Source: Octopus sinensis (taxonomy: Eukaryota). Taken from it: DNA of 64,000 nt. The DNA lies in NCBI RefSeq assembly GCF_006345805.1, contig NC_043002.1:49290001-49354000 (forward strand), in the 5' to 3' direction. Below are positions 52,391 through 64,000 of the stretch, piece after piece. The position numbers were made by a program, and so were the translations under genes. Numbering within the stretch: the stretch's first letter is position 1; the number at the start of each line of letters is the position of its first letter. Under the pieces are notes generated by a model. It was not told the DNA's origin. It was given only the letters and a program-made list of their open reading frames with translations, and did not search any database.

Positions 52391-52818
52391 TATATAGTTT
52401 TGTGAAATTTAATTTAGTATTTCTAAATTGAATTTTTCCCTGTAAGTTTGGAATAATATTCCCTCATATATATTATATATATATATATATATATATGCAC
52501 ATCATTGTGTGTGAGAGTGTGTACGCACAATTAGTCGCTGGTTGAATAAGCTTTAAGGTGAAAATATTTTAATGCTTGTCTTAGTATTGCGTCACCTCTA
52601 GAAGTAAATGTGGTGTTGTTATTGAGTCGCATATTATTTAATAGCAGTTTGATTCTGCTCCATGCAACTTAAAAATTACGTTGGCTCGTAAAACTAAACT
52701 AGCTTTTCATACACACACGCACACATATGTACATACATACATACGCACACACGTATATATAAATATATATAAATCAAAATAAGCAACAAGGCTATCCAGA
52801 GGTAATGCAGTATGATCA

Positions 52819-52866
<48 letters not shown>

Positions 52867-53109
52867 CCTTAGGATTACGGCCGTTTCGCAGCTTTCATCA
52901 TGTAATAATTATTTCAGTGTATTATAAATTATTTTACATGTTTGCACCAACATGCATACAACGTATTGTGCAATTACAAATCAGTGTAGATAATGAAGGC
53001 TTGCTCATCAGATCACCAGAACGTCATGGTTACATCGATGCTCTCACTCTGCGTATACATGTATGTATAAATACATACATACATACATATACAATATTCA
53101 ATACTACTG

Positions 53110-53420
53110 CGAGGTACTTTGGGCAAGTGTTTTCTACTATAGCCTTGGGCCAACCAAAGCCTTTTGGGATCTGATACATGAAAACTGAAAGAAGCCTGTC
53201 ACATATGTATGTGTGTACGCGCGCGCGTATCTGTGCTAGTCCTTCCCCACACACATAACGCTTTACTATCGATGCTGGTGTATTTATGTCCCTGAAACCG
53301 ATAGAATAAGTAACTGTCTTTAAAAAAGTATGTACTGCATTCGATTCATTCGACTAAAAAATTCTTCAAGGCGGTGCCCCAGCATGGTCTTAGTCTAATG
53401 ACTAAAATAAGCAAAAACTA
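53110..53420 (+). mobile_element. SINE family B, degenerate and partial
   Basis: tttgggcaagtgttttctactatagccttgggccaaccaaagcc ... ggcggtgccccagcatgg. Confidence 0.75.
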
Positions 53421-53754
53421 AAAGGTATGATAGCTATTTATATTCAAGGTACTATCATCAATGCAAAATAAGTATTCTTGCAGATAGCAAAATGTTCGAA
53501 TATGGTTTAATACTCTATCACTAAGCTGAAAATAAGAAACGGCCGTAATTTTAAGGATGTCAAGGGGTTAAATAAATATATTCCCTTCTCGTACCTCCTG
53601 ACTTTTTATGGTATATACATACATACATACATACATGTATACATACATACATACATACATACATACATACATACATACATACATACATACCTGTATACAT
53701 ACATACACATATATATTGTTACCTGTATACATACATACACATATATATATTTTT

Positions 53755-53985
53755 AAAGGCGGTGAGCTGGCAGAAACGTTAGCACGCCGGGCGAAATGCG
53801 TAGCCGTATTTCGTCTGCCGTTACGTTCTGAGTTCAAATTCCGCCGAGGTCGACTTTGCCTTTCATCCTTTCGGGGTCGATAAATTAAGTACCAGTTACG
53901 CACTGGGGTCGATGTAATCTACTTAATCCGTTTGTCTGTCCTTGTTTATCCCCTCTGTGTTTAGCCCCTTGTGGGTAGTAAAGAA
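53755..53985 (+). mobile_element. SINE family A monomer with 14-bp TSD
   Basis: atatatatattttt at 53741-53754 and 53986-53999. Confidence 0.9.
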
Positions 53986-54973
53986 ATATATATATTTTTT
54001 TACACACACACACACACACACAATTGATGGTGTGCCAAATTACTTCGCAGCAACAAGTCACCAGAAATGAAGATCTATTGACGTTGGAACTGAGCAAATC
54101 CTTTTCTACAAAAGAAACGTATGACAGATGTATATTAAGCAGCATAATCGTAATAATACATTCCCTGAATTAGCAAACTGAGGTCTGAAATGTATCAACT
54201 TTTAACGACTCATTTAACCATATAAAATCTTCCACTTGCAGAATACTTGCAGTTAAGCTGAGAATAGAATTGAGCTTCTCTGCAAGAAGGATAAAGCAAA
54301 AGATAGAAGGGGAGGCTCAGAGATGCCCGAAAATTTATTATTTTTACATCTATTGTTGTTTATTGTAACTGAGAATAATCAGATCTACTCATGTTAATCC
54401 TTGGAATGAGTAAACGTAAACAACTAGTAGATATATTTTGAAATATCTTCAAAGGTTTGTGTGTATTACGTTAATGATTCATCTATAGTGAGTAGATTTT
54501 TGCCTACTGCTTATATATTTCTGTGCTTTTTAACACTATACATCTATAAAAAGTATTTTTTGACACAAATATTGCAATTTAGAAGGCTTTTAACTATATG
54601 TATACTTTAAGTATGAAATACACATCGTTAAACAATGAATACTGAAGCAAAAAAAATGGAGGAAAATCATACCCAGAATTTCATCAGGCACTTATCTATA
54701 TTTACGGTCGTACGCATATAATCTCCCCACCCCATGTACACACGCGCGCGCGCACAGACTCACGGATGGACGGATATGCATGCACACACACAGAGGTACA
54801 CACACACACAACTATCACCATCACCCTCCCTACACACACACACGCGCGCACTGAATCACCTGGGCCTGCGAACATGTGTGAGCATGTACGAGTACTCGTT
54901 GATATCGATGTGAATGTTGACATTCAAGGTGTATGTGTGCGTGTGTGTTTGTATACATACATATGTTTGTACA

Positions 54974-55016
<43 letters not shown>

Positions 55017-55055
55017 ACATGTATTTGTGCATAGACATGTATTCTTTATAGAATA

Positions 55056-56437
55056 CTAGCTGAATTACCCGGTAATACCCGGAAAAGCCGAGGGTATTTC
55101 CAGCTCCCGTTCCCATTACAATGTTGCATATCCTATCCCGTTCCCTGTTCAGTTTCTGTTTAAATTACAAATAAATTTACAAATACACGTGACGTGGGAT
55201 ATATTTACAAATACTGCAAGTAAAACAGTTAAATCATAAAACTGATTGATTTGTAATGGTAAGGTAATATCAAAGTTGAATTGATGGATGGTTAGAATGT
55301 TGAGGGGATTGACGATGTGCGACTATGAAACAATTGAAGGTTGAATATTATCAATTTTGGGGGTTTTCCCTATTACTGTCACATTGTGAAATTTTAAAAT
55401 TAGCTCAAAATGTTCAAATTTGGTATATTGAAATAATTTTCCACGTTAAATCCGAATTTGTTATTTATTTGGTCTAGAAATAGTGCAGTAAAATGTTACT
55501 GGGGTTTAAAATTTAATCACTTTTACCTAATCAGAAAACACGATTTGGAAGTTAGCATTTTCTGCATGATAAGTGTTTATCACAAAATGAAAGCAAAATC
55601 ATTACGTGAGGGAATTTTTATTAAACAAACGAAAGCAAAGCATTACAACGACCAAAGTTGTTAGAACTTCTGAAATTTTAATAAGTTTTAATGAATAAAG
55701 TCATGTGAAACGGTCGAACAAACATGCAGGTAATTTTAAAAGGAAAAAGATCGCGAACGAACTTTTTTTCCGAAAAAATTGCACAATCTGTCCTGATCAA
55801 GAGGCCTATCTGTTGGGGAAAGCATGGTCTGACATGGATAAACAAAAATTGTATAAGACATACTATTGTAAAAATTGCCTCACAACGACGGGCTATTATT
55901 TATCAATGGAAGAAAATAAAAGACATTATCTATAGTTTTATTGTTCCAGTACGTTGGTAAAGTTTTAATAAATCTTAATACAGTGGTTTGAAAACAAATA
56001 TAAAAACACTTTACTTTTCACTAAAAAAAATTTTTGACTGAGCATGCGATAAGTAAAGTGACAGGTAAAAATTAAAGAACAAAGTATTAAAATTCGTTGT
56101 TCCCTTCGGTAAACACATTCTCTCCTGCTCTATCCCTATCGCTTGTTCTCTCTCTCTATCTCTCATATTCCCTGTCTCACTGTTTCTTCCTGTCGCCTTC
56201 TCTTCCCTGATATCAGCCACCCTCATTATGCCACCACATTTTTCTTCTCATTTTATCATATAATAAACCAACGCCCGTAGGGGGCCCATTATAATTTATA
56301 ATTGAAATCCAATTAGTTTATAATTGAACTGGATGTTAGTTTAACATGTATGCAAAGTTTCGTAAAAATTGGCTCGCTGATATAGGCAGCAAGATGGTAA
56401 CAAACAGACGGACAGAAATTGTCATTTTTATATAAGA
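55056..56437 (-). mobile_element. Non-autonomous Helitron
   Basis: Minus strand begins A|TCTTATATAAAA (56437) followed by TGTC-type repeats; ends with the imperfect hairpin ccgggtattaccggg and CTAG|T (55056), the canonical A/T insertion pattern. Confidence 0.75.
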
Positions 56438-56700
56438 TGGCTGTGTGCTTAGATTGCTTATGCGCATATGTGTATGTGTGATTGTGTATGTCAAAACTTC
56501 GTTATTATTTTCTGTTTATCTCTTCTTCGTCCACCTCCCAACACTCAAACACACACACGCACACACACACATATATATATATATACATACATATATATAT
56601 CCACGCATACACACATATATTCATATACACATACATATCTATATTTCTCCCTATATATACTTATATACACATTGTGTGTGTGTATGTAAATATATATATG

Positions 56701-56760
<60 letters not shown>

Positions 56761-57079
56761 TGTATGTATGTATGTATGTATGTATGCATAGGCTAATATA
56801 GATATGTATGTGCATATGAATATATATGTATGTGTGTGTGTATATATACATATATATGTATGTATATATGTATGGGTGTATGTGTGTGAGTGTATGTGGG
56901 TGTACCGTGAGTGAGGTGACAGGGGAAGCGATAAACAGAAAATAATAGCGAAGTTGTAACATGATTGATAGAAAGAGAGATGAAGAGAGAGGGAAAGAAA
57001 GAGAGAGTGTGTGTGTGAGAGAGACAGACAGACAGGCAGGCAGATACACAGACACACAGACAGACAGACAGACACAGAC

Positions 57080-57130
<51 letters not shown>

Positions 57131-57134
57131 TAGA

Positions 57135-57202
<68 letters not shown>

Positions 57203-57341
57203 TAGACAGATAGATTGGATAGATAGGCCCACAGATAGTAGGGGATATTTTGCTTGTTTTTCAGTGTTGAAAGCTTGATCTCATTTAGAGTTGATGATTG
57301 AAGCTGTCTGCTGTTAAATAAACAAGGAGACAGACAATAAT

Positions 57342-57414
<73 letters not shown>

Positions 57415-58735
57415 AGAGGAGTGGCGGGAAACGAGAGAAAGTGGGGGTTTGCTGCCAGGAGCTGGAATGTTACGTCGATGATGTTGTGTGATCTGTCAGA
57501 AGCTGAGAACAAGCGATGAAGAAAAATTAAGGACGTAAGCGACCCATCTTTTAACCGGAGAAATGTGATCCGAATTCGGTTATCAATCATAGAATATCCA
57601 GTCAAAATGACAGCTAATTGAGAAAGTCACTAGGGAATGATTTCGACATGTCGGCTTCCAGCGCCATCTGCTGGAGCAGTTCTTGAAAGATTACTGCGTT
57701 GTAAAGCAAACAACAACAACAAGAGCAATAATAATAATAATATTCATTTCTTTTATTAGCCTCAGGGGCATAGATGAGAAGAACGTTACAAGGACAGACA
57801 ACAATTCGCGTGTGAGGATTTAAGTAAAAGATGGGGAGAAAGGAAAGGAAAGGAAAACACAGTGAAATACTATTATCATGTGATAACATCAATGAAACAG
57901 TCCTGATACAGGAAGAAATTCAACTAGGGCCAATCAAGAAATCCCACAGATCCAGGATTATTCTACCCACCAAATGTACGATCCCTCTCGCCTGCTCTCC
58001 AATCAACAGGTGCATATTTAGAGTAGGACCATTCATTATAACCATTTTTGAATGAGCAAGACTGGTTTTACACGAAGAGGAATTTATGCAAAATATGAGA
58101 GGAATTCATAAATACGGATTTTTGTAATTCACTTATTTTATAATTTCCGGGATTTTGGTCTACATATTCACAGCCAGTCATACTTATTCAGCTGTTTTTA
58201 TATCAAAGATGACAAGTTTTTCTCCGAGCATGTGACTGGCTGCGGAATATACGGTATTAAAAAAGGTCCCAAAAATAACAGAAATGCATCTGGCGTTCGC
58301 GCTGGCTGAATTTTCGTCTTTCTCTGATATTTTACGGTATTCTGCAGCATACAAGTCGAATTTTTTTCAGACCAAAATTTCCAACTGCCCGCCCCACCCT
58401 CATCGTAAGGCCGACTGTTTTTTGATGACCAAAACGACGAGTTTTGAGGACCAAAAATTGCCTGTGAAATGCAACAAAATTTGGAAAGACAGTGACGATG
58501 TTTGAATGTTTGCACAGCAAGTTTACTTGGTATATTACGTCAGTATCTATGCTGGAAAATACGGCATTGTGCTTTTTAAAACAGCAAGTCCATAAATGAT
58601 TCTAGCTTAAGACAAATACTGCAGTAATTGGCCTATCGAGGTTGTGTGTATACATTAAGTATGTTACATAAAAGGCTATTTTAATTAAATACTGCCTCAA
58701 CTGCGTACACAGGATATGTATATGCATGTATTTAT

Positions 58736-58798
<63 letters not shown>

Positions 58799-59024
58799 GC
58801 GCACAAACACACACACACACACACACACATACACACACACACAAACACGAGTGAGCGCATAAATGCAAAACAAGGTGGAAAAAATAGTACTCGAATACCG
58901 AAGGTAGAGTAATATGCTTTTATTACAGCTGAAAAAAATCTTCACAAACTGTTTACTCATTACTCAGAGTTTCATATTACCGTTCGTCGGACAGTTGTGA
59001 TCAGTATATTTAATATATATGGCG

Positions 59025-59450
59025 TTTGCGTGGCTGTGTGGTAAGACGCTTGCTTCCCAACCACGTGGTTTCGAGTTCAGTCCCCCTACGCGGCACCTTG
59101 AACAAGTGTCTTCTATAGGATCGGGCCGACCAAAGCCTTGTTAGTGGTAGACGGAAGCTGAAAGAAGCTCGTCGTGTATCACACATACATATATATGTAT
59201 GTATATATATATATGTATATATTTATGTGTGTGTGTGTGTCTTTGTGTCTGTGTTTGTCCCCCACCACTGCCTGACAACCGGTGTTAGTGTGTTCACGTC
59301 TCCGTAACTTCAACGGTTCGGCAAAAGAGACCGATAGAATAAGAACCAAGCTTAAAAAATAAATGCTGGGGTTGATTTGTTCGATCAAAACCTTTCAAAT
59401 GCGGTGCTCCGGCATGGCCGCAGTCAAATGACTGAAACAAGTAAAACGAA
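59025..59450 (+). mobile_element. SINE family B, full length variant
   Basis: B head, internal (TA)n(TG)n, B tail. Confidence 0.88.
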
Positions 59451-59693
59451 AAAAAAAAGTTAAATTGCAGCAATACCATAGATTAAGTATAAAAACAAAC
59501 TCGACTTAACAGAGCTTAATTTCGATTTGGGGTCCACAGGATTATTTGGGCCCGGCTCATTTCTACTTCGTCAGTCTGCTGACTACTCGCGAACCGATGC
59601 ATTTTTAATACGCAGTATGCCCCATTTATTTTTATGTTTCTTGTCAAGTAGTTATTTAACTGAAATTAGAAGCAATTTTGTATGTCTTTTCAT

Positions 59694-59915
59694 CAGCTGG
59701 CAGAAACGTTCGCACGCAGGACGAAATGCTTAGCAGTATTTCGTTTGGCTTTACGTTCTGAGTTCAAATTCCGCTGGAGTCGACTTTGCCTTTCATCCTT
59801 TCGGGGTCGATAAATTAAGTACCAGTTACACACTGGGGTCGATCTAATCGACTTAATCCCTTTGTCTGTCCTTGTTTGTTCCATCTATGTTTAGCCCCTT
59901 GTGGACAGTAAAAAA
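59694..59915 (+). mobile_element. SINE family A, slightly 5'-clipped
   Basis: agctggcagaaacg ... ttagccccttgtgg. Confidence 0.88.
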
Positions 59916-59916
59916 T

Positions 59917-60299
59917 AATATATAAAGCTGAAGTTGTCTGTGTATGGCAGGTTTGGTAGCCTTCAACTAACACTATCTCCTCCGAGACGCTGCGGCGCAA
60001 GTTGAACAAAATTGAGAGTATGATAGAAGGCTTGCTCTTCATTCCATAGAAGATAAAATTCAAATCGGACCATGTTAAAACCAAAACTTATTTACATCAA
60101 AAAGGTGCTTTTTTTCTATGAAAATCCCTATTTTTTTACGATTTTTTTACTGCTGTCTCACCATTTTCAGTGTATTTCAACCAGAAAAATGTTTACTTAT
60201 AGAGAATAACAAGCTACGTAATGCAAATTTTTTACTTTTCAAAAGTTCCAATTTTAAAGGGTCGAAACAAACCCGAGCAACGCCGGGTGATACTGCTAG
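59917..60299 (+). mobile_element. Short non-autonomous Helitron
   Basis: 3' hairpin acccg-agcaacgc-cgggt (60271-60288) then CTAG|T at 60296-60300; the 5' TC end is not clearly seen. Confidence 0.65.
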
Positions 60300-61199
60300 T
60301 ATATGTGAAAGGTGAAGAATTTGTATTTAAAGGAGTGTCAGTATATCTTATACCCTAGAAAGGAAACATCTTTCACCGTACCAACAAGTGTTGTCACCTC
60401 CACTAACATTAACGTAATGCAAACGATTATAAATGATCAATTACAAAGTCTGAACCGCTCCTTATATACCTCTGCACTGCAGCCTTCTCTCCAGCGCCAC
60501 TAACCATTTAAAACTTGAATGAAAGCAGAAAACTGTTGTGCGTGACATCTCCATGGTTTTCAACCATGACCCTACTGGAAAAAAACCGCTAACACTGTAT
60601 TCGATTTATCACTGATCACAGGAACTGATAGGTTTCTGTCAGGTTCGCTGGCTGCCTCGAAATTTAATCTCACATGAAGATAAAACAATGCCATGTGAAA
60701 TAACGTTGAGGGAGTCAGTCAAGGAGCACTACGAATTAACGAGAGAGCACTTACATGACGGCCACGGCTGACGTGCTTCTCGTCATGCCGCTGTTCGATC
60801 AGAGCTGATCTGAGACTGAAGAACAAATACAACAGTAACGTCAAGAGAACTTCTATGCAGTCGACTGACCTGCTAGAAATAGCAACCAAATTTCTTTCAA
60901 ATCACACGCTACGGACTAAAAAAATTGTGACATGTTAGACAATCTACTTTCTGATAAGTGTGTGTGTGTGTGTGTGTGAATATATATATTCACACATTCC
61001 CTTCCGGTCATTTCAAAATGTAACCACATGTGAATCGTTGGCGATTTTTTCCCCTTCATCTTCCTTTTCTATTGGACTTTCCTCTGTTTCTAAAGAAGAG
61101 CTTTGCTCGAAACGTTAAGCCATATTTCCTTCCCTGATGTCTGCTAATACTTTACATGTTCCACGTCCTCACGTTGTTGTTTTTTTTTGCAATCCCATG

Positions 61200-61511
61200 A
61201 CTGACCATGGGATTGCACCTAGAAAGTTACCCTCCCAGGCACAAGTCCGAGCAAGGTTGTTTATGGAAGACCAGCAGTCGCCCATGCATACCGGCCTCCC
61301 CTCTCCACGCCACCAGTGTTATCCAAGGGAAAGGCAAAGGCTGATACAGCTTGGCACTTGTGACGTCGCAACTCATTTCTACAGCTGAGTGAACAGGAAC
61401 AGCGTGAAATAAAGTGTCTTGCTCAAGAACACAACATGTAATCCGGTCTGGTATTCGAACTCCCAACCTCACGATCGTAAGCTCGACGCTCTAACCACTG
61501 AGCCATGCACC

Positions 61512-61516
<5 letters not shown>
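61200..61516 (-). mobile_element. SINE family C
   Basis: Reverse complement of 31068-31400. Confidence 0.9.
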
Positions 61517-61575
<59 letters not shown>

Positions 61576-62139
61576 ATGTAAACAGTATACAGTTACAAGT
61601 TACTAATAGTTTCATGCATTGGAGATGTATAACACACCTTGCATCTCCAAGTAATTTTCAGGCTGTGAGCACATGGCCTATAGAGTTTACAAAGGCTGCA
61701 AATTGCTTGGAGACTATATCTGCAGTGCTTCATCAAATAATATTTATCTCTCACTGGATGGATTACTTTTATTGTTGATCTTACTTTAACGGAAAAGTAA
61801 ACTATATATATATATATATATATATATAAGAGAGAAATGGGGTGAGAGAGAGATACATATATATATATATATGCCTACATGTATAATATATAATATATAT
61901 AATATATATACATACACACATATATATGCCTATATACATAATATATATGATACAAGGAGTGAGGATCTAAATCCTTCAAAGGGATGTCAAACATCCAAGT
62001 CCACCGATACAATATTTGCAAAATCAATTATGTATAGGGAAGGGGAAAAAATATATATAGGAGTAGACGATCTTTAATTCAAATCCAACTTGGTACAAAA
62101 TATATATGAAATATGTAATACATACATGCATACATATGT

Positions 62140-64000
62140 CCGTGAGAGAATCCATTACAACCTTTGGAAAAAAAAAAACATCAACTAAATAACGAAATCA
62201 AAGAGATGTTATCTTCATTGCTTGGGAAAATAACCAGAGATGATTGTAGAAAGAGAATCCAACAAGATCTAGAAAATCGTACATGAAAGAATTTGAAATG
62301 GTGAAGACACGCCAGATTAAGAAGTTTATGAAACTCAAAGGTCAGAGAGTGAAGACTGAAGTCCGTCACCCACATGCAGTAATTATTGTAAGTAGCCAAC
62401 ATCTAGAAAACTCTGAAGAAGCAGTACTGAACAAAGGTCTCAAATTTGCGACAACCATCAAGTGCATTCGATACTTGGACATGATAGCCCCTATTGAAGA
62501 GATAGCTGTAAAGATACCAAAAGCTCAAGGAGATGAACTAAGGTGGAAAGTGAGACAGATACTAGAAAAAGGGAAATTTCCCAAACCAAACATCCCTAAG
62601 AAAGAAAAGTTCACTATCAGTAGACTACAGAACGACAATTCCATCATAATACTTCCGGCGGATAAGGGAAATGCTACAGTGGTGATGAACAAGTCTGACT
62701 ATTCAGAAAAATTGCCAAGTCATATAAGTGATGGTAGCTATAGCAAAGTAAAGAAAGATCCAACTCTAAAAACAGAGAGGAAGTTGTCACAGATCTTGAT
62801 CAAGATCAAGGATCACTTTACACCAATGAAGTACAGACAACTGACTCAACACTACAGTAAACTACCACACATGTACGGTCTCCCTAAGATTCACAAGGAT
62901 GGCATTCCATTATGACCTATAGTGAACTGTAGAATTACAGCATGTCATCCACTGAGCCGCTTCCTTGTGGATGTAATCAGTCCATTAGCAGGAAAGTCAA
63001 AATCGTACGTGAAGTTTTCTACCCACTTCACAGAATTGACTAAGGATAACCCCATTGAATCCAACCAGATGGTCAGTCTAGATGTGATAAGTCTGTTCAC
63101 CAAAGTCCCAACTGGTGAAGCACTATCGGTGATTCACGAAAAACTAGTGACAGACACCCATTTAAAAGAACGCACAAGTATACCAATAAGAAACTTGATG
63201 GAAATATTGACCTTCTGTGTAGAAACTACCTATTTCAGTTTGGACATGGTATATATCGACATGAAGAGGGTTAAGCTATGGGTTCGCCGTTATCACCAAT
63301 AATAGCCAATATATACATGAGAATTTGGCGTTAGGATCAACACCATTAAAACCAATACTATGGCTGCGATATATTGATGACAGCTTTTTGAACTCAATAA
63401 AACCATCCATGCAGTTCTCAATGGAAAAGGAAGAAAAAGACAATCAGCTAGCATTCCTGGACGTATTAATAACACGCACTAAGTATGGATTGAAGACATC
63501 TGTATACCGCAAATCGACCTTCACTGGACGATACCTCAACTTCAGTTCCCACCATCCATACAGTGTAAAGACAGGGATTGCTCAGTGCATAAATCATCGT
63601 GCAAAGAATATAAGTAGCGATCGTAATTCACACCACGAAGAAATGATCAAGCTCAATAACAATCTATTAAGCAACAACTACCCCAAAAACATACTATCAA
63701 CTCCAATTATGAAGAAAAGAGAGAGTGAAAACAATAAACTGTCTACAGTCTGTCTACCCTATGTCAAATGCCTTTCCGAAAAGATACAAAAGATATGCAG
63801 CCCATATGACATCAGGATAGTATTCAGGAGGAATACGACACTTCACAAACATCTCCTCCGGGTAAAACCACCAATAGAAGAGAATATGACCAAAAACTGT
63901 GTGTACTCCATCCCATGCAGCTGTGGTAGCTTATACGAAGGCGAAACATGCCGCCACTTCACGAGGAGATATTGTTAATTCGAGTATAGCTGATCACATG
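62140..64000 (+). mobile_element. Penelope-like retroelement (RT + GIY-YIG endonuclease), disrupted; continues beyond the window
   Basis: ORF pieces 62283-62915, 62922-63302 and 63325-63978 contain VLNKGLKF, ILPADKGNATVVM, MYGLPKIHK, SLDVISLFTKVP, MGSPLSP (frameshifted), WLRYIDD, FLDVLI, YLNFSSHHP and CVYSIPCSCGSLYEGET; at least one stop and two frameshifts. Confidence 0.93.

Noticed and set aside
57420-57610. Unique GC-balanced stretch with ORF 57285-57605
   Set aside because: The ORF runs into a TATC repeat and has no recognisable motif; no exon can be supported.
58165-58249. 18-bp inverted repeat with a 48-bp spacer
   Set aside because: Short and imperfect, with no defined element ends; likely internal to an old DNA transposon.

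Overview
Repeat-saturated, AT-rich eukaryotic DNA in which I could not support any host protein-coding exon; nearly all ORFs in the track are microsatellite read-outs. The SINE families and microsatellite load look like a coleoid cephalopod, probably Octopus (inference from recalled repeat families, not proven). Contents: several tRNA-derived SINE families (labelled A-F here), decayed Tc1/mariner transposons, two non-autonomous Helitrons, MITE-like foldbacks, 3' fragments of RLE-type (R4/Dong-like) non-LTR retrotransposons sitting in (TAA)n and (CATA)n tracts, a disrupted Penelope-like element (RT + GIY-YIG) running off the right edge, and a degenerate ~40-bp satellite. The most interesting signals are: (1) an intact type I hammerhead ribozyme (17065-17124, minus strand) inside a 692-bp terminally redundant cassette of about 1.37 units of 505 nt, flanked by (TA)n and resembling a retrozyme or circular-RNA retrocopy, plus about nine further hammerhead-like relics, two of them enclosed by long inverted repeats; (2) a 545-bp patchwork (40376-40920) built from three nearby loci; (3) microsatellite-embedded RLE retroelements. 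All analysis was by eye: coordinates may be off by a few bases, and family names other than those based on protein motifs are provisional.
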